A DNA stretch of 64,000 nucleotides from Tubiluchus corallicola (lineage: Eukaryota; Animalia; Priapulida): assembly GCA_030141605.1 (NCBI GenBank), contig JAQGDQ010000796.1, forward strand, positions 1 through 64,000, read 5' to 3'. Position numbers and translations under genes: made by a program. How positions within the stretch are numbered: position 1 is the first letter of the stretch; every line of letters begins with the position of its first letter. Under the pieces are notes generated by a model. That model was given only the letters and a program-made list of their open reading frames with translations, did no database searches and was not told the origin of the DNA. Positions 28,617-42,039 of this stretch are shown piece by piece.

Positions 28617-29337
28617 ATCACGCAAGTAAACATGAAAGCTAGTAATAAAGCCTATGAGTGAGTTAATAAGTAAAGAAACCAAAAAGTAAAACTTTTTATG
28701 AATAACTAAAGAAACTAGTAAATAATGAAATTAATAATGGTGAATCAAAAGAAGTCACATTCACAAAAAACCTAGCCTGCAAGAAAAATGAGAAAGGAAG
28801 AAAGAAAGAAAAAAAGAAGAAAATAAAACCAATAGCAAACAAACAGACAGACAAACAGGCGAACAAACAAATGAATAATCAAACTGAGGAAAAATAAACA
28901 AACGTTAACTATTGTACACTGCAGAGCAAATCAGCAGTGACGCGCTGAAGCCTACATTGCAGCTAACAGGCGACAACAGCACTGTTATATTGATACGCTT
29001 TATAAAAAGACAAAATTCAATTTCTGTGTTCGTTTCTAAACTTCTTACAATTGCAACGTGGTAATTTTAGTCTCCCCAAGTAACTTTAATTCTCAGTATT
29101 ATATACATATATTTCATTATTTAAATTTGTAAATTTTAGAATTCGACCATCGCAGGAGCTATAAGACTGATGATCACAGCTTTTATAGGAAATAAATGAA
29201 ATAGATAAAATAAAATAAAGCATAAATAATAAAGCAAAAATAAATTGAATTCAAATTCAAATTTAACTCAAATTTAACTAAATTAACCAAAATGTGCCGT
29301 GAAAACATTGTGCCTCATATTTGTCAATAAATAAATA

Positions 29338-29932
<595 letters not shown>

Positions 29933-30526
29933 AGTGAGTGCCTGGGTGAATGAGTGACTGAGTGATTGATTCATTCTGATCTACTCTATTACTATTACTA
30001 TGGCTAGCTGAAGAAACTATAATCTTTATAATATCAAAAAATTAAATATAGCATACAAAGTATTACTGCGTGTAATTTTTTGGGAAACCGTTCGACTTCA
30101 GTGCAAGAAAATTGACTGTATCCTACAATTTAAAATACTTTAGACGAAAATTTAAAATAAATTTCATTAGAAGAAAATGTGTGCTTAGCCTGTATATTAA
30201 GTACAATAGTGCCTTTGTGAATCAGCTGTATGAAATTACGTACACGTCAAGTATACGTGCTATATGATGATCAATCTTATACACATGATTATAATTTTTA
30301 ATTTATATTAGAGGGAATTAGTTGGTTTAGATGGTTTAGTATTTTTGTGTATGTTTGTAAATAGTATTTATGATTTGTGTGTGATTGTATGTCTCATACA
30401 ATACACCATGAGTTAAATTACCTTATTACGAAACTCTAATCGATGAATTTAATAGACTTTTTATCTTTTGAAACTGTAGTGGTAGTGGTAGTGGTAGTAG
30501 TACAGTAGTAGTCAGTAGTAGTAGCT

Positions 30527-30836
<310 letters not shown>

Positions 30837-31102
30837 GTTCATTATTGCAGCGCAAAAACTAGTTATAAATGGCTTTAGTACATTTACATTTACCAACCTA
30901 AAATATTTAAAGAGAGCATTAAATTTTAAAAGGTAATAACCTCCTTAGTTAAAAGACCATGTCCATTTTCAAGTTTATTCTTTTCCAGTAACCGTCAAAC
31001 TATTGTTAAAGTTTTAGGTTTGCAAATGAAGTTACGTTGCTTGATTTGTTGAACAGGACTTTGTAATCTTCCAGTAAATCAGGAATTTAAGTTTTTTCTT
31101 AC

Positions 31103-31390
31103 CTGCGTAGAGACAAAATCTCAGGTGAACCTTTCCAGGTCTTTTGTTCAGTTCTCCCTCTGGTGTTAGGAATTAGTTGAGTCTTCGAAACAAACTGCTT
31201 TTTCAACAGATGCAGTTTTGCGTCTTGTAGATGCAAGGATAGAGATCTCCCGTCGTCTTCTGTTCCTCTTTTGACAGCTATTTTCTCTCCGCACGTGGTG
31301 ACGCTTATAATATCTTGTCTCTCGCGAAATGCAACGTTTTATCTCAAACGCGCGGATTAGCAGTTGACGTAATTCGCACATGCGCAGTAA
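31103..31390 (-). promoter_or_regulatory. Putative Pol II promoter plus non-coding first exon of a - strand gene
   Basis: On the - strand: NRF1-like GCGCATGTGC (~31376-31385), TATTATAAG (~31304-31312), E-box CACGTG, ~180 nt of unique sequence, then a strong donor CAG|GTAAGA at 31103/31102. Confidence 0.45.
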
Positions 31391-31836
31391 AGTTCTACAA
31401 GAAGCCGTGAATTAAGTGAATTTGCTGCGCGCACGTGGCTGGTAAATTTCTGCCATGTTAGCTTACAAGAGAACGAGGTTTCTGAAGTGTTTTAATCAGA
31501 TCAGAACTTTCAAGTGAAATTAGGTAAATTCTAATTATATCTTCTTTCACATATATGTACTTTCGACAGTCTTACTAAAGTATTTATGACATAAAGCTAC
31601 AAAAACAGAATAACCACTAAAAAACTAAATACAGAAACGTTAACTTACAATTTACAGAAACTCACATAAGAAAAGAATTAGTTGAAATTTTTTTACAAAA
31701 ATGACAAGCATTAAAGGTACATTCCAAAAAATTTCGAGCATATAAAAACATCTCTATTGTAACGTACATGTTTTAATAAAACCATTACACCTGTTTACAA
31801 CGTGGCATCTAAGATTATACATACATTTATGCAAAT

Positions 31837-31857
31837 AATGATAATAATAAAAATAAA

Positions 31858-31901
<44 letters not shown>

Positions 31902-31935
31902 CAACAACAATAATAATAATAATAATAATAATAGC

Positions 31936-31992
<57 letters not shown>

Positions 31993-32062
31993 AATAATAA
32001 TAATAATAATATTGATGATGATGATGATGATGATGATAATGAATAATAATAATAATAATCAC

Positions 32063-32122
<60 letters not shown>

Positions 32123-32293
32123 TAGAATAAGAATTAGAATTAGAATTACAATTATAATTATAATGACAATGACAATGACAACGACAATGACAATGACAAT
32201 GAAAATGACAATGACAATGACATTGACAATGACAATGATAATGATAATAATGACAATAACAATAATAATAACAATAATAATAATAATAATAAT
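31837..32293. repeat. Compound (AAT)/(AAC)/(ATGACA) microsatellite
   Basis: Direct observation. Confidence 0.96.
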
Positions 32294-32958
32294 TCGGTGA
32301 ACTGTGTAAACTAAAATAAAGTGCCGCCCAGTTGCGTGCATTTCGCCATTCGCTAGTTACATGAATGCAGCCTTTTTGGAAATGCGTTGCACAAAAAATA
32401 GGCGCTGTGCCTCTCAGTTCGGTGACGTACTTGGCATTGCGGTAAGACAGGAATCTGTATTTTTAACCTAAAATGTGCCAAGTTGGTGCAAATTGCAGTC
32501 AGTGCGGTACAGCAGTTTTCGCATTTACAGACGCGTGCAACACCCCAGTGGAATGTTTTTGCCATTAAAAAATATGTTCAGTTGTGACGTCAATACTAGC
32601 CCGTGCTTACTTGCCGTTAATTAAGCCTGTAAGTCGATATTTAATTGTGAGAAACACTATGCGTCTTTATATGTTAAAATGTACATTTTTACCGTACTTA
32701 AAACGTAGCCATATGAAAAAATCATCTTTTTTCGTTTAAAGACAACTGAATTAGCAACTTTTTGTTTAACTAAATCTTAATTTTCAATTATTTTGAACAA
32801 AGTCATCAATTAACATGATTATCGATTAGTTAAGATATTATTTGTTCTTTCTTTTTCTTATTATTTCGTGTGCTAGTTGGATTCAAGCAGTACTTAGTAT
32901 CTGAATTGAAAATCATCATTTTCTTGGTGTAAATACAGCCCTTCTGTGAACATACATC

Positions 32959-33064
32959 TGTCACAGATCGAAGGTGAACACCAATTTCCTCCGGGAGAAG
33001 AACATCGCCGTTCTTGAATGGCCTGGAAACAGCCCGGACCTCAATCTGATAGAGAGGGGGGAGG

Positions 33065-33102
<38 letters not shown>

Positions 33103-33504
33103 TACTTGAATGGCCTGGAAACAGCCCGGACCTCAATCCGATAGAGAATCTCTGGGAGATACTGAAGGATAAGGTGGCAGACAGGCAGCCATCAAGTGCT
33201 GAAGACTTGCGAAGAGTTATCAAGGACGTTTGGGTTAAAGAAATTACTTCCGAGTACTGCCAAAACCTAATTTCCATTATGCCTCTTAGAATGAAGGCAG
33301 TGATTGACAACTTCGGCGGCCATACAAAGTACTAAAATGTTCAAAGACTGTGACTATTTTTGGATAAAAACATACAAACTATGCTGTAGTATATTTTTCT
33401 AGAAGAATAAATGAATAGTTTTTAGCTGGAACCGTGTTAAACGATGGTTTTGTCAATTTTCATGAAAAAAAATCACTTTGGTCTTAAACTTTAACAAATG
33501 ATTG
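32959..33504 (+). mobile_element. Tc1-family transposon, 3' fragment (catalytic C-terminus + right TIR)
   Basis: Encodes [34 protein letters not shown]...GGHTKY*. Ends in TIR TTGGTCTTAAACTTT..CAAATGATTG followed by TA. Confidence 0.92.
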
Positions 33505-34704
33505 TACATCAATACTGATCCCTTTTAAGAAAAATATTCATGTGAAATCCTCAATGTGCGCTTTGCTGGTATTTTGCTGAAGTTGAACTTTATTAAAATG
33601 TTTCAAGACACTTTTGTCATCATAAGTATCTAATAAGCCTTTTCATAGTTTCGTTGTGCGCACGCGCAGTTGCTGTAGGTCAAAGGCTAAGCGTACCACA
33701 CCAACGCGTCTTAACTACAACCGACATGTGACATGTTGGTAACGCAAAACATCAGTTCAGTATCTTCATTATTTTATGTGAACTTTACTTAATTATTCAT
33801 TAGTCTATGTGTAGAGTGATTTACTAGCAGGATCTTGTTTGGGAACAGGAAAAAAATGAACTAGGTAAGGATCTAGCTAGCTGTTAAAACTGCTACTATT
33901 ACAATACTTGGGCTGCGAGACGTTGTTAAGTGTACACAAATGCGTTGTCTGGTACACTTAACCTTTGACCTTTTTATGATCATCATCAATCGCTGAAACT
34001 TTGAAAAACCTTATACATAGCAAATTTTGTAAACCGTGTTTAAGGAAATACAACAAAATGCAAAATAAAAAATAGCTAACAAAGTCTAGCTATAGCTTAC
34101 ATAAAGGACAAGAAAATCTATACGTAAGTAAAACTAAAAAATGGTTTGAGATTTTGCATCGCTTACATACTGCCTATAGAGCTTGTAGCAGCAGTAACGT
34201 TGTATAAAACTTGTAAATTTAAACTCCCATGTTGACTTAAATAATGTTTTTTTTGGTGAACAAATGGCGTGTTGTGATGCACACTGGGATAGTGAAACAG
34301 TGACGTTCTACCAGGTCGCACGAACATTTTACATTACTAAAAAATTTTCTTTTCCAATTACGTAAGTCTTTCAAACAGGAAAGCGTAATATTAAGTACAG
34401 TCAAATCTCTTCACACTGCCTCTACGGGACTGTAAAGCTGATTTTAAGCGAGCTTGGCGTTGTAACAAGATGCATTAATACATAGACGTCTATGTAAATA
34501 TAGACATTTTGTTTTGTCAAAGATTTGGGCGTTAAGCGAGATTGAGATCATAAAGGGGGCGATGTGGCTGTAAAATAAATTTCTATGGAAAATTCTTGCG
34601 ATATTCTTCAAAATTCCGTTCTCTTTTCCTTTAAATTATTATCACTCATATTACCCCTCTTTCATCGTATACATTAATTCTACTGGTATAAGCTTTATAT
34701 ATAT

Positions 34705-35046
34705 ATATTGGACTGAATTCGACACAGGGGGTCGAACTCCAAGATGGCACGGCTGTCTTGATATTGGACTGAATTCGACACAGGGGGTCGAACTCCAAGA
34801 TGGCATGGCGGTCTTGATATTGGACTGAATTCGACACAGGGGGTCGAACTCCAAGATGGCATGGCGGTCTTGATATTGGACTGAATTCGACACAGGGGGT
34901 CGAACTCCAAGATGGCATGGCGGTCTTGATATTGGACTGAATTCGACTCAGGGGGTCGAACTCCAAGATGGCATGGCGGTCTTGATATTGGACTGAATTC
35001 GACTCAGGGGGGTGGAACTCCAAGATGGCATGGCGGTCTTGATATT
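34705..35046. repeat. Minisatellite, 56-bp unit, 6 copies
   Basis: Unit ATATTGGACTGAATTCGACACAGGGGGTCGAACTCCAAGATGGCATGGCGGTCTTG. Confidence 0.95.
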
Positions 35047-35169
35047 GCGCATCATGAAGATCCATTTTACTGTCGTTGTGTAATTGATTACTTAACTACA
35101 AATGTCAATTTTAATTACAAATGTTATGTTAATTAACCAAGTTAATGTCTGTAAACTAGTACCGTTACC

Positions 35170-35511
35170 TGTTATAGCATGTCATTTAACTCTCATAAAA
35201 TAAAATACACAAAAACTACACTGTACGGAGTTTATTAACAGCACTAATAAAAATAGGGCACAAAATACACAAAAAATAACTAACTAACTCAGTAACAGCA
35301 CTACACCCGAGGAGCACCTGTGTCAGAAATCCAGGCTGTAGTGACCTCTACACGCTTTTATACTGGCATTCCAGGTCAGCTGGCTTCTCACACCACGTGT
35401 AGGCCCAAACAAGACGTCTGGACCTACAAGAAAGGGGTGAGTCGCTGCTGACGTGGAAGCAGGGCGTGTAGAGGGCGCTACACCTGACCCGACACAGGTG
35501 CCTCCGTAACA
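35170..35511 (-). mobile_element. Possible solo LTR
   Basis: TGTTA...TAACA ends. On the - strand, TATAAAAG (~35375) precedes AATAAA (~35231). No TSD found. Confidence 0.4.
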
Positions 35512-37852
35512 ATGTATAAGATTCGAGGCTACTGCTTCGACGACGGCACCATTTGCGGCGATCTATACATCAAACGAAAAGTTTCGATCTAGTGTCGTGC
35601 CATTGGGGCCCACCCCACCAGAACTAACGGGGGCGAAAAACCTCCAAAAATGGCCATTTTTCGGCCGTTTTTTGCAAAACTTATACGCCTGAGATCTGAA
35701 GAACGGGAACGGGTCGAGGGTGGTGCTGGGTATGGACAGATAGCCCGTTCAGCGGTGGATGTCATAGGCGTATTTAGAATTTGCGACAGGGCCACGGCGT
35801 CCCGTAACGGGCGTTTTCTCGGACCAAACTCGCGATTTTGGTCAAACAGCCTGCAGCAAAAACGTTCTAGCGGCGCCTGGTGGGACTCTCGGAAGGAGAT
35901 ATATAGCTCTTTAGAAAGAGGAAGAACAGGGCTACACGATGGTGTGGGCTATATTTTAGGACACGTCCACTAAGAGGAGTACTGACGAGTTAATTAGATG
36001 TTCTATTTTCGCCAATTTCCGCTTGGAATCTTAATTATTTCATTGCCACGGTTAGCACTTGTTACAATCAATTGTGCATGTGTTCTGTATACAGAAAACA
36101 GGCGCAATACAGCAGAGCCATAACTGAATTTAGCCTAACCTAATCTAACAAATTGAATTTAATTGTGAAACAAACGGACTTTATTTGATCAACCAATCCT
36201 AATCGAATTTTGCTTAACTTTGATATATTCAGCTGGGCCGCATAACAATCCCAGTGCGTGAGGGAAATCACCAATACGAAATTGTGGCGTGGCGTATCCA
36301 CTCGATGAGCGATCACTAATCAACCGACGGGCACAAACTGTGACGTTTTAGTTTGGTTTTATGCAAGGGGAGAAATAATAATGCGATGAAACATGTTTGA
36401 AATCAGACGCTTTGTAACTTTGTAACTTAAAGCATGTTTCTGTTAATTGTGTCATGTCAAATGTATATATAGTGTAAAATATGTCATGTAAAATTTAATG
36501 TACTTTTGTAATATTGTTTTGTAAAAATATTTTAATATGGTGTTTGTAAATATGTTCATTTATCGTATATAATTAGGCCTTAGTTTTGCACTTTAGTTTT
36601 TTTAGTCTGAACTGGACGCATTTGTCTTGAACAGTGTTGTTATCTTAACATTACGCTTAACATTAACTTAACATTAGGCTTACTCAATTTTATTATAATG
36701 AGTGAACCATTTTAATGACAAATAAATATATACATATATAAGGTATTTACCTTGAAAGAAAAGCGGATATAATAATAAATAACAGCTTAAGACAACTTAA
36801 CCTATAAAATATAGAAATTGAATATATTGTTTTTAGGACCGATTTATGTTAAATAATTTGGCATACGCGCGGCTGGTTCTTTATGCGTTTCGCCATTCAC
36901 TAGTAAGAACGACACTGGCGCCTGCATCTCCATCTGGTGCTGCAAAAAACAATCGTTGTATTTCTCATTTCAGATTTTGTTCAGTTGTGATAGAGTGCAT
37001 GCGCTAGCACAGTGGTAAACTTGAAATTTAAATTTTTAAAGCTAAAGCTGCTTGCCTTTTCATCAAATAATAACAGATTTAAAGCACTGATAATTTATAT
37101 TTGTTAATTTTTCATATATTTTATAACTTTTCATGTGCTTTATAATTTTTCATAAAATTAATACTACTTATTTAATTATTTACAAGTTGGAAATATAAAA
37201 CACTGTCCGTATGCAATATAATGTTAGTTAACACTGAAACGTTATGTTAAACAGAGCCACAAATATGTAAACACATCAGCACTGCCATAAGCACTGGCAC
37301 GTTACTGGATCAGACTACATTACATCAGCTTACATAGGTATCTGGCAATGTTGCTGACCAATGGGCACAGACGTCGCAGTGACTGACAGATTAAGGTCAC
37401 TGTGTTCGGACAACGTAACGATTGCCATTTAATGGTTACTGTCATGCAAGCAGCTAACCAGTGTTTGACTAACTGATGTCAAGTAAATGTTCAAAGAATA
37501 GTTGCTGACCATTGATTAGCAAGTCAGCAGATGAAGGCAAGTCAGCAGAAGACAGTACTAAGTATAGAATTGACGTTAGATGTAAAAATAGATTTCTAAT
37601 AATAGCGTATATTATAGCGTATATAAGCAGTGTCAGAACGCAGCAGAAGAAGTTCTTTATTCGGTTGACTTGTTCTTTATTCATGTTGAGTTGTTCTCAC
37701 TTTAGTGGGTTACTCCTTTGTGTTTAGATTATGGACGTTATTGTACTTCAATAAACTATACAATCACACTTTTTCTACATGTTTACGGTTTCTATACTTT
37801 AAAATAAAAAACTATAACTGAATAGAGTAACGACACAACGTTATTATTAAAT

Positions 37853-38630
37853 TATATATATATATAATATATAATATATAATAATCTTTATTTGCCATTA
37901 AAATACATTGATAATCACTGATAAAAACTTTACAGAGATGATCAATCAGTGTTAGTTGATAAAAACTTACACTGCTAAAGACAATTGCGTCAGTGCAATC
38001 TAAACTACTGTGCAGTAATGGAAAGTAACGACGTATAAAATCAAACATATTTACAACTATGCACAAAAAAAAACAAATTATGATTTAATTAATATGGCCG
38101 TGGGTATATGAATTCTGAATTAGTGTGTATGTTGTCGTACTGGTGTGATGGTATTTCATATCTGGTTAATATTAGTGATTTTAATTTTGTTTTAAATGCT
38201 GATAGGGACTTGATTTGTTTAACCTGTAATAGTAGAGAATTCCAAAGTAGAATTGCTCGTTTGATTACAGAGTTCGTTCCGTCGTGGGTATTTGTCCTAA
38301 TTTGTTTTAGATTGCTTGTTCTGGAATTAACGATAGGATTTGGAAAAAAGGTAAATCTGTTATTCTGGAATGGTTTGCTGATGTTGTTAATGTATTTAAA
38401 TATAAAAAGAAGAGTAAAATATTCTTTGTGTGCTTCAATGATTGGGAATTTTAAAGTTTTTCTCGGGTTAGTTCAAATGGAGATTGACAACATGAATTTG
38501 GAATATGCCGATTTGATTAAAATAACAAACCGAGGCATCAGGCCCAGGATTAAACTCTTTTATTGGTTTTTTCAGTTAATATTAAATCAGGCCCCCAATT
38601 AAAAATTGAGGTCACATTAGATGAAACCCC
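37853..38630 (-). mobile_element. LINE family C (sister of family B), ORF2 C-terminus + 3' UTR + (TA)n tail
   Basis: The - strand reads ...LWNSLLLQVKQIKSLSAFKTKLKSLILTRYEIPSHQYDNIHTNSEFIYPRPY*, homologous to the family B end. The + strand ORF 38108-38602 is its antisense. Confidence 0.82.
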
Positions 38631-38700
38631 TTAAATCATTTGATACAACGAATCATCAAGAAAGCTGGAGTTGTCGCCTTAGAAGATATATATCCATTCT

Positions 38701-38702
<2 letters not shown>

Positions 38703-38776
<74 letters not shown>

Positions 38777-39096
38777 CATGTGTGAGGGGAGAGAGAGAGA
38801 GAGAAAGAAAGAAAGTGTGAGTGTGTGTGTGTGTGAGTGGAGAGAGAGAGAGAGAGAGAGAGAGAAAGAAAGTGTGAGTGTGTGTGTGTGTGAGGGGAGA
38901 GAGAGAGAGAAAGAAAGTGTGAGTGTGTGTGTGTGTGAGGGGAGAGAGAGAGCGAGCGAAAGTGTGAGTGTGTGTGAGGGGAGAGAGAGAGAGAAAAAGA
39001 GAGTGTGAGTGTGTGTGTGTGTGTGAGGGGAAAGAGAGAGAGAAAAAGAGTGTGTGTGTGTGTGTCTGTGTGTGTGTGTGTGTGTGCGTGTGCGTG
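38703..39096. repeat. (GT)n/(GA)n compound microsatellite
   Basis: Direct observation. Confidence 0.97.
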
Positions 39097-39459
39097 TATT
39101 ATATATACAATATGTATTATAATATACATATAATACATTAAAGACATACACCAAGACATTTTAAGGACAAATCTTGCAGATTTCCTTGCAAAGAATACGT
39201 CTAATAATGATAATTTTTCGCCCCTCGTTCCTCGCGGTGGGCCCGATTAAAAAAATAAACCCCCAATGGCATGACACTAGTTGGAGACCTTTCGTTTGAT
39301 GTATGGATCGCCGCAAATGGTGCTGTCGCCGTAGCCTCGAATCTTATATATATATGTAAATATATATATGTTATACATATATATAACATACCAGCAGAAT
39401 TAATATATACGATTCTACAAGAAATGGCTGCTATGCGAGCGTGTGGTGCGAGCGTGTCG

Positions 39460-39514
39460 GTTGCTGTGACGTCACCCATTTGTGATGCGACTGCGTTACC
39501 ATGGCGACTATAAA
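39460..39514 (+). promoter_or_regulatory. Proximal promoter of LRR gene 1: CRE, RFX X-box, TATA box
   Basis: TGACGTCA at 39467-39474, GTTACCATGGCGAC at 39495-39508 and TATAAA at 39509-39514, ~90 bp upstream of the ATG. Confidence 0.6.
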
Positions 39515-39601
39515 CTCTGTACGCTCTGGTGGATACCGTTATGGCTGTTCTGTTTTCTTTTGTTTGGTTGCAAGACGTTCACGTTTTCTGAATTACATGC
39601 A

Positions 39602-41848
39602 ATGAATTGCCACCAATTCATAATTCAATGTTTTCTCTTTCTTGCGATTAATGTGCTTAATAGTAGAGTAGTAGAAACGACCAACTCAACTTGGGAGAAT
39701 TTCTTTCCACGATGTAAAAGATTCATTTATAAAAAACCCGAGGGTGAGAAATATGAAGTCAGGTGCTGGTTTGACGACACAAGACATGACGAGACATTGT
39801 GGGAGACGCTGAAGACAAAACTTAAAGAGGGTAATCGTCCCAAAGTGGATAGTTTTGTTGTGGAAAATCTGCAGTATGACGAAATTCCCAAGAATTTTCT
39901 AGATGGCTTCAGTATCGCTAATGTCGATCTAGTAAAAATGGAAGACGTTCGCCAAATTGGAGCAAACTTCCTGAACGCATCACATGTCGAAAGAGTTAAA
40001 ATCACCAATTTCGCAGCATTGAGGCGTATCAATCAGTTTGCTTATAACAATTTAATACATTTACGTGAAATCGTGATCTTAAATTGCCCAAGTTTGAGCG
40101 AGCTGAAATTGTCGCTGGACAAGCTAGAGAAATTGGAACGTCTACACATAGAATTCACGAATATCACCACGATGGATAAGCCAATCTTTCATTCAAACAT
40201 TACCAAGGACTTTAGCCTTTTCTTTTTCAAAAGTCCAGTAGCTTGCGACTGTCGGATGACGTGGATAGGTGAATTTTTTCAAAAGTCAAACGTCCATTGT
40301 AAACATCTCCCTAATGCAATACAAAAACAAAATGGGTCAGCAGTAAGTACGAGGGAGTTGAAAATTGCAGAAGTTTGCCCGACTGGACCATGCAGTTTTG
40401 AGAATTTAATCTGTTTCATCCGTTCACAGTCACCTTGTAAAGTGGACTGTGGTAATTCGGACGTTGGGCACATCTGCGATAGCAAGATCAATTCCACCAC
40501 ATTGCTAGAAATTGCAGGTAATATTACAGACTACACATTAGAACTGAAAATCTACTTTTACAGAGACGACAAGCTACCAAGCAAGTTTCTTAACCGAAAG
40601 AACGTCGCAACACTAATATTTGAAAAATCTGAATTTTTTTCTCTATCTGAGAATGATCTGCCACCCAGCCTTGAATACTTCACCATGAACTATAGCAAAG
40701 AATTCAAGGAAGTACATCGCAATGCTTTCTATGGGTTAAAGCAGTTGAAAGCGGTGACCTTCATTGCTTGTGAAGCATTGGAGACAGCTAATCTGGATTT
40801 GTGGAATAGTCCCTTGATCAATTCCATCAGCTTCACTCAGGGATCAAAAATCGAGCGGATGTCAAAGCCTTTCCTGCACCCAGATGTCAATCCTGGAAAC
40901 GTACATTTTGCTCTCTTGGAAAGCAGACTGATTTGTGACTGTGACATGTATTGGATGTTTAATATTAGCTGGGCTTCCAGAGAAGTTGACTGTTACGAAC
41001 CTAAAATAGCTCACACAAAGATGAATATTGATATGATTGAATGTGATCAGCCACCTACAACAACCGTAAGACCTCCAAGAGACACATGCAGCATCAGTGT
41101 GAGCAGTTGCACCGTTTTCCACGAGGATCCTTGTGAACTTCATTGCGGCCACTCTGGAAGAATCGGTCACAAAGAGATGCGGCAGATATCAGCAGAGATT
41201 AAACCATACATCTATGCATTAGTCATCTTCAGTTACAAAGACAGTCGGCTTCCTAAAGAGATGCTGAATGGAAAACATGTCAAGAAACTGACACTGCAAG
41301 AATCAGCAATAACAACTCTAGACAAATATGACATACGAAATGCCAGAATCGAGCATTTTATGATGAATATTAATCCCTTTCTTGTGTCAATTCATCCAAA
41401 AGCATTTTTTCATATAGGCCTTTTGAAGTCGATTTACTTTTTATCGTGCACTCAGCTAGCGACGGCGAATTTGGATCTTACAAATAATCACAAAATCAGC
41501 CACATTTCGTTTGTAATATCGAAAATACAGCACATGTCTATGCCTGTCTTGTACGCTGACGTTAAACCCGAGACGGTGACGTTCAAACTGGTAGAAAGCA
41601 GACTCATTTGTGACTGTGATGCGCTTTGGATGATCAAGGTTAAATGGAATCAGTCTGTTGTGGATTGTTATGAACCAAAAGTAAATCACATATTTTTAAA
41701 CAAGACTGACTTTGTTTGCCCATGGAAAAAAGCTCTTCGCACAATGTCTGCCAAATCTGGAAATTCTGTTAACATGGTGGCATGGCATCTGCATCAGATG
41801 GCTGTATATTTCAGTTTTAATTGCTTAGCTTTGAGTATTTCGTATTAG
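39602..41848 (+). CDS. LRR gene 1: intronless ~748-aa extracellular protein with three Cys-capped LRR-like cassettes, signal peptide and probable GPI anchor
   Basis: 2.2-kb non-repetitive ORF. ATG at 39602 gives a hydrophobic leader MNCHQFIIQCFLFLAINVLNS. LRR-like segments include LRRINQFAYNNLIHLREIVI, VHRNAFYGLKQLKAVTF and IHPKAFFHIGLLKSIYF. Three LRRCT-like caps: SPVACDCRMTW, RLICDCDMYW, RLICDCDALW. A Pro/Thr linker precedes cassette 3; the C-terminus is SGNS + spacer + hydrophobic end. Confidence 0.9.
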   Translation: MNCHQFIIQCFLFLAINVLNSRVVETTNSTWENFFPRCKRFIYKKPEGEKYEVRCWFDDTRHDETLWETLKTKLKEGNRPKVDSFVVENLQYDEIPKNFLDGFSIANVDLVKMEDVRQIGANFLNASHVERVKITNFAALRRINQFAYNNLIHLREIVILNCPSLSELKLSLDKLEKLERLHIEFTNITTMDKPIFHSNITKDFSLFFFKSPVACDCRMTWIGEFFQKSNVHCKHLPNAIQKQNGSAVSTRELKIAEVCPTGPCSFENLICFIRSQSPCKVDCGNSDVGHICDSKINSTTLLEIAGNITDYTLELKIYFYRDDKLPSKFLNRKNVATLIFEKSEFFSLSENDLPPSLEYFTMNYSKEFKEVHRNAFYGLKQLKAVTFIACEALETANLDLWNSPLINSISFTQGSKIERMSKPFLHPDVNPGNVHFALLESRLICDCDMYWMFNISWASREVDCYEPKIAHTKMNIDMIECDQPPTTTVRPPRDTCSISVSSCTVFHEDPCELHCGHSGRIGHKEMRQISAEIKPYIYALVIFSYKDSRLPKEMLNGKHVKKLTLQESAITTLDKYDIRNARIEHFMMNINPFLVSIHPKAFFHIGLLKSIYFLSCTQLATANLDLTNNHKISHISFVISKIQHMSMPVLYADVKPETVTFKLVESRLICDCDALWMIKVKWNQSVVDCYEPKVNHIFLNKTDFVCPWKKALRTMSAKSGNSVNMVAWHLHQMAVYFSFNCLALSISY

Positions 41849-42039
41849 AACTATCGCTTTAACACTTACATTTATATTTTTCATGAACGTTCTGTAATTT
41901 GAAGCAAAATGTTTAATTATTTCTGCCTCTTGTAGATGCAAATATTCACTTTCCTACTAATAAGGTTTTCTAATCAAGAATTTGGTTTATTATCACATAA
42001 TATATTCGCTCTTGTCAGCACCTGTTTAATCATTTAGAT

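Noticed and set aside
35589-35973. GC-rich ORFs as a gene
   Set aside because: Short, with no recognisable domain, and bounded by weak inverted ends (TAGTGTCGTGCC / GGACACGTCCACTA). More likely a DNA-transposon remnant, but no TSD was found.
38108-38602. 164-aa + strand ORF
   Set aside because: It is the antisense of a LINE ORF2 C-terminus.
39482-39601. N-terminal extension of gene 1 from the ORF-track start at 39482
   Set aside because: It overlaps the X-box and TATA promoter elements. The ATG at 39602 gives a normal signal peptide like the paralogues.
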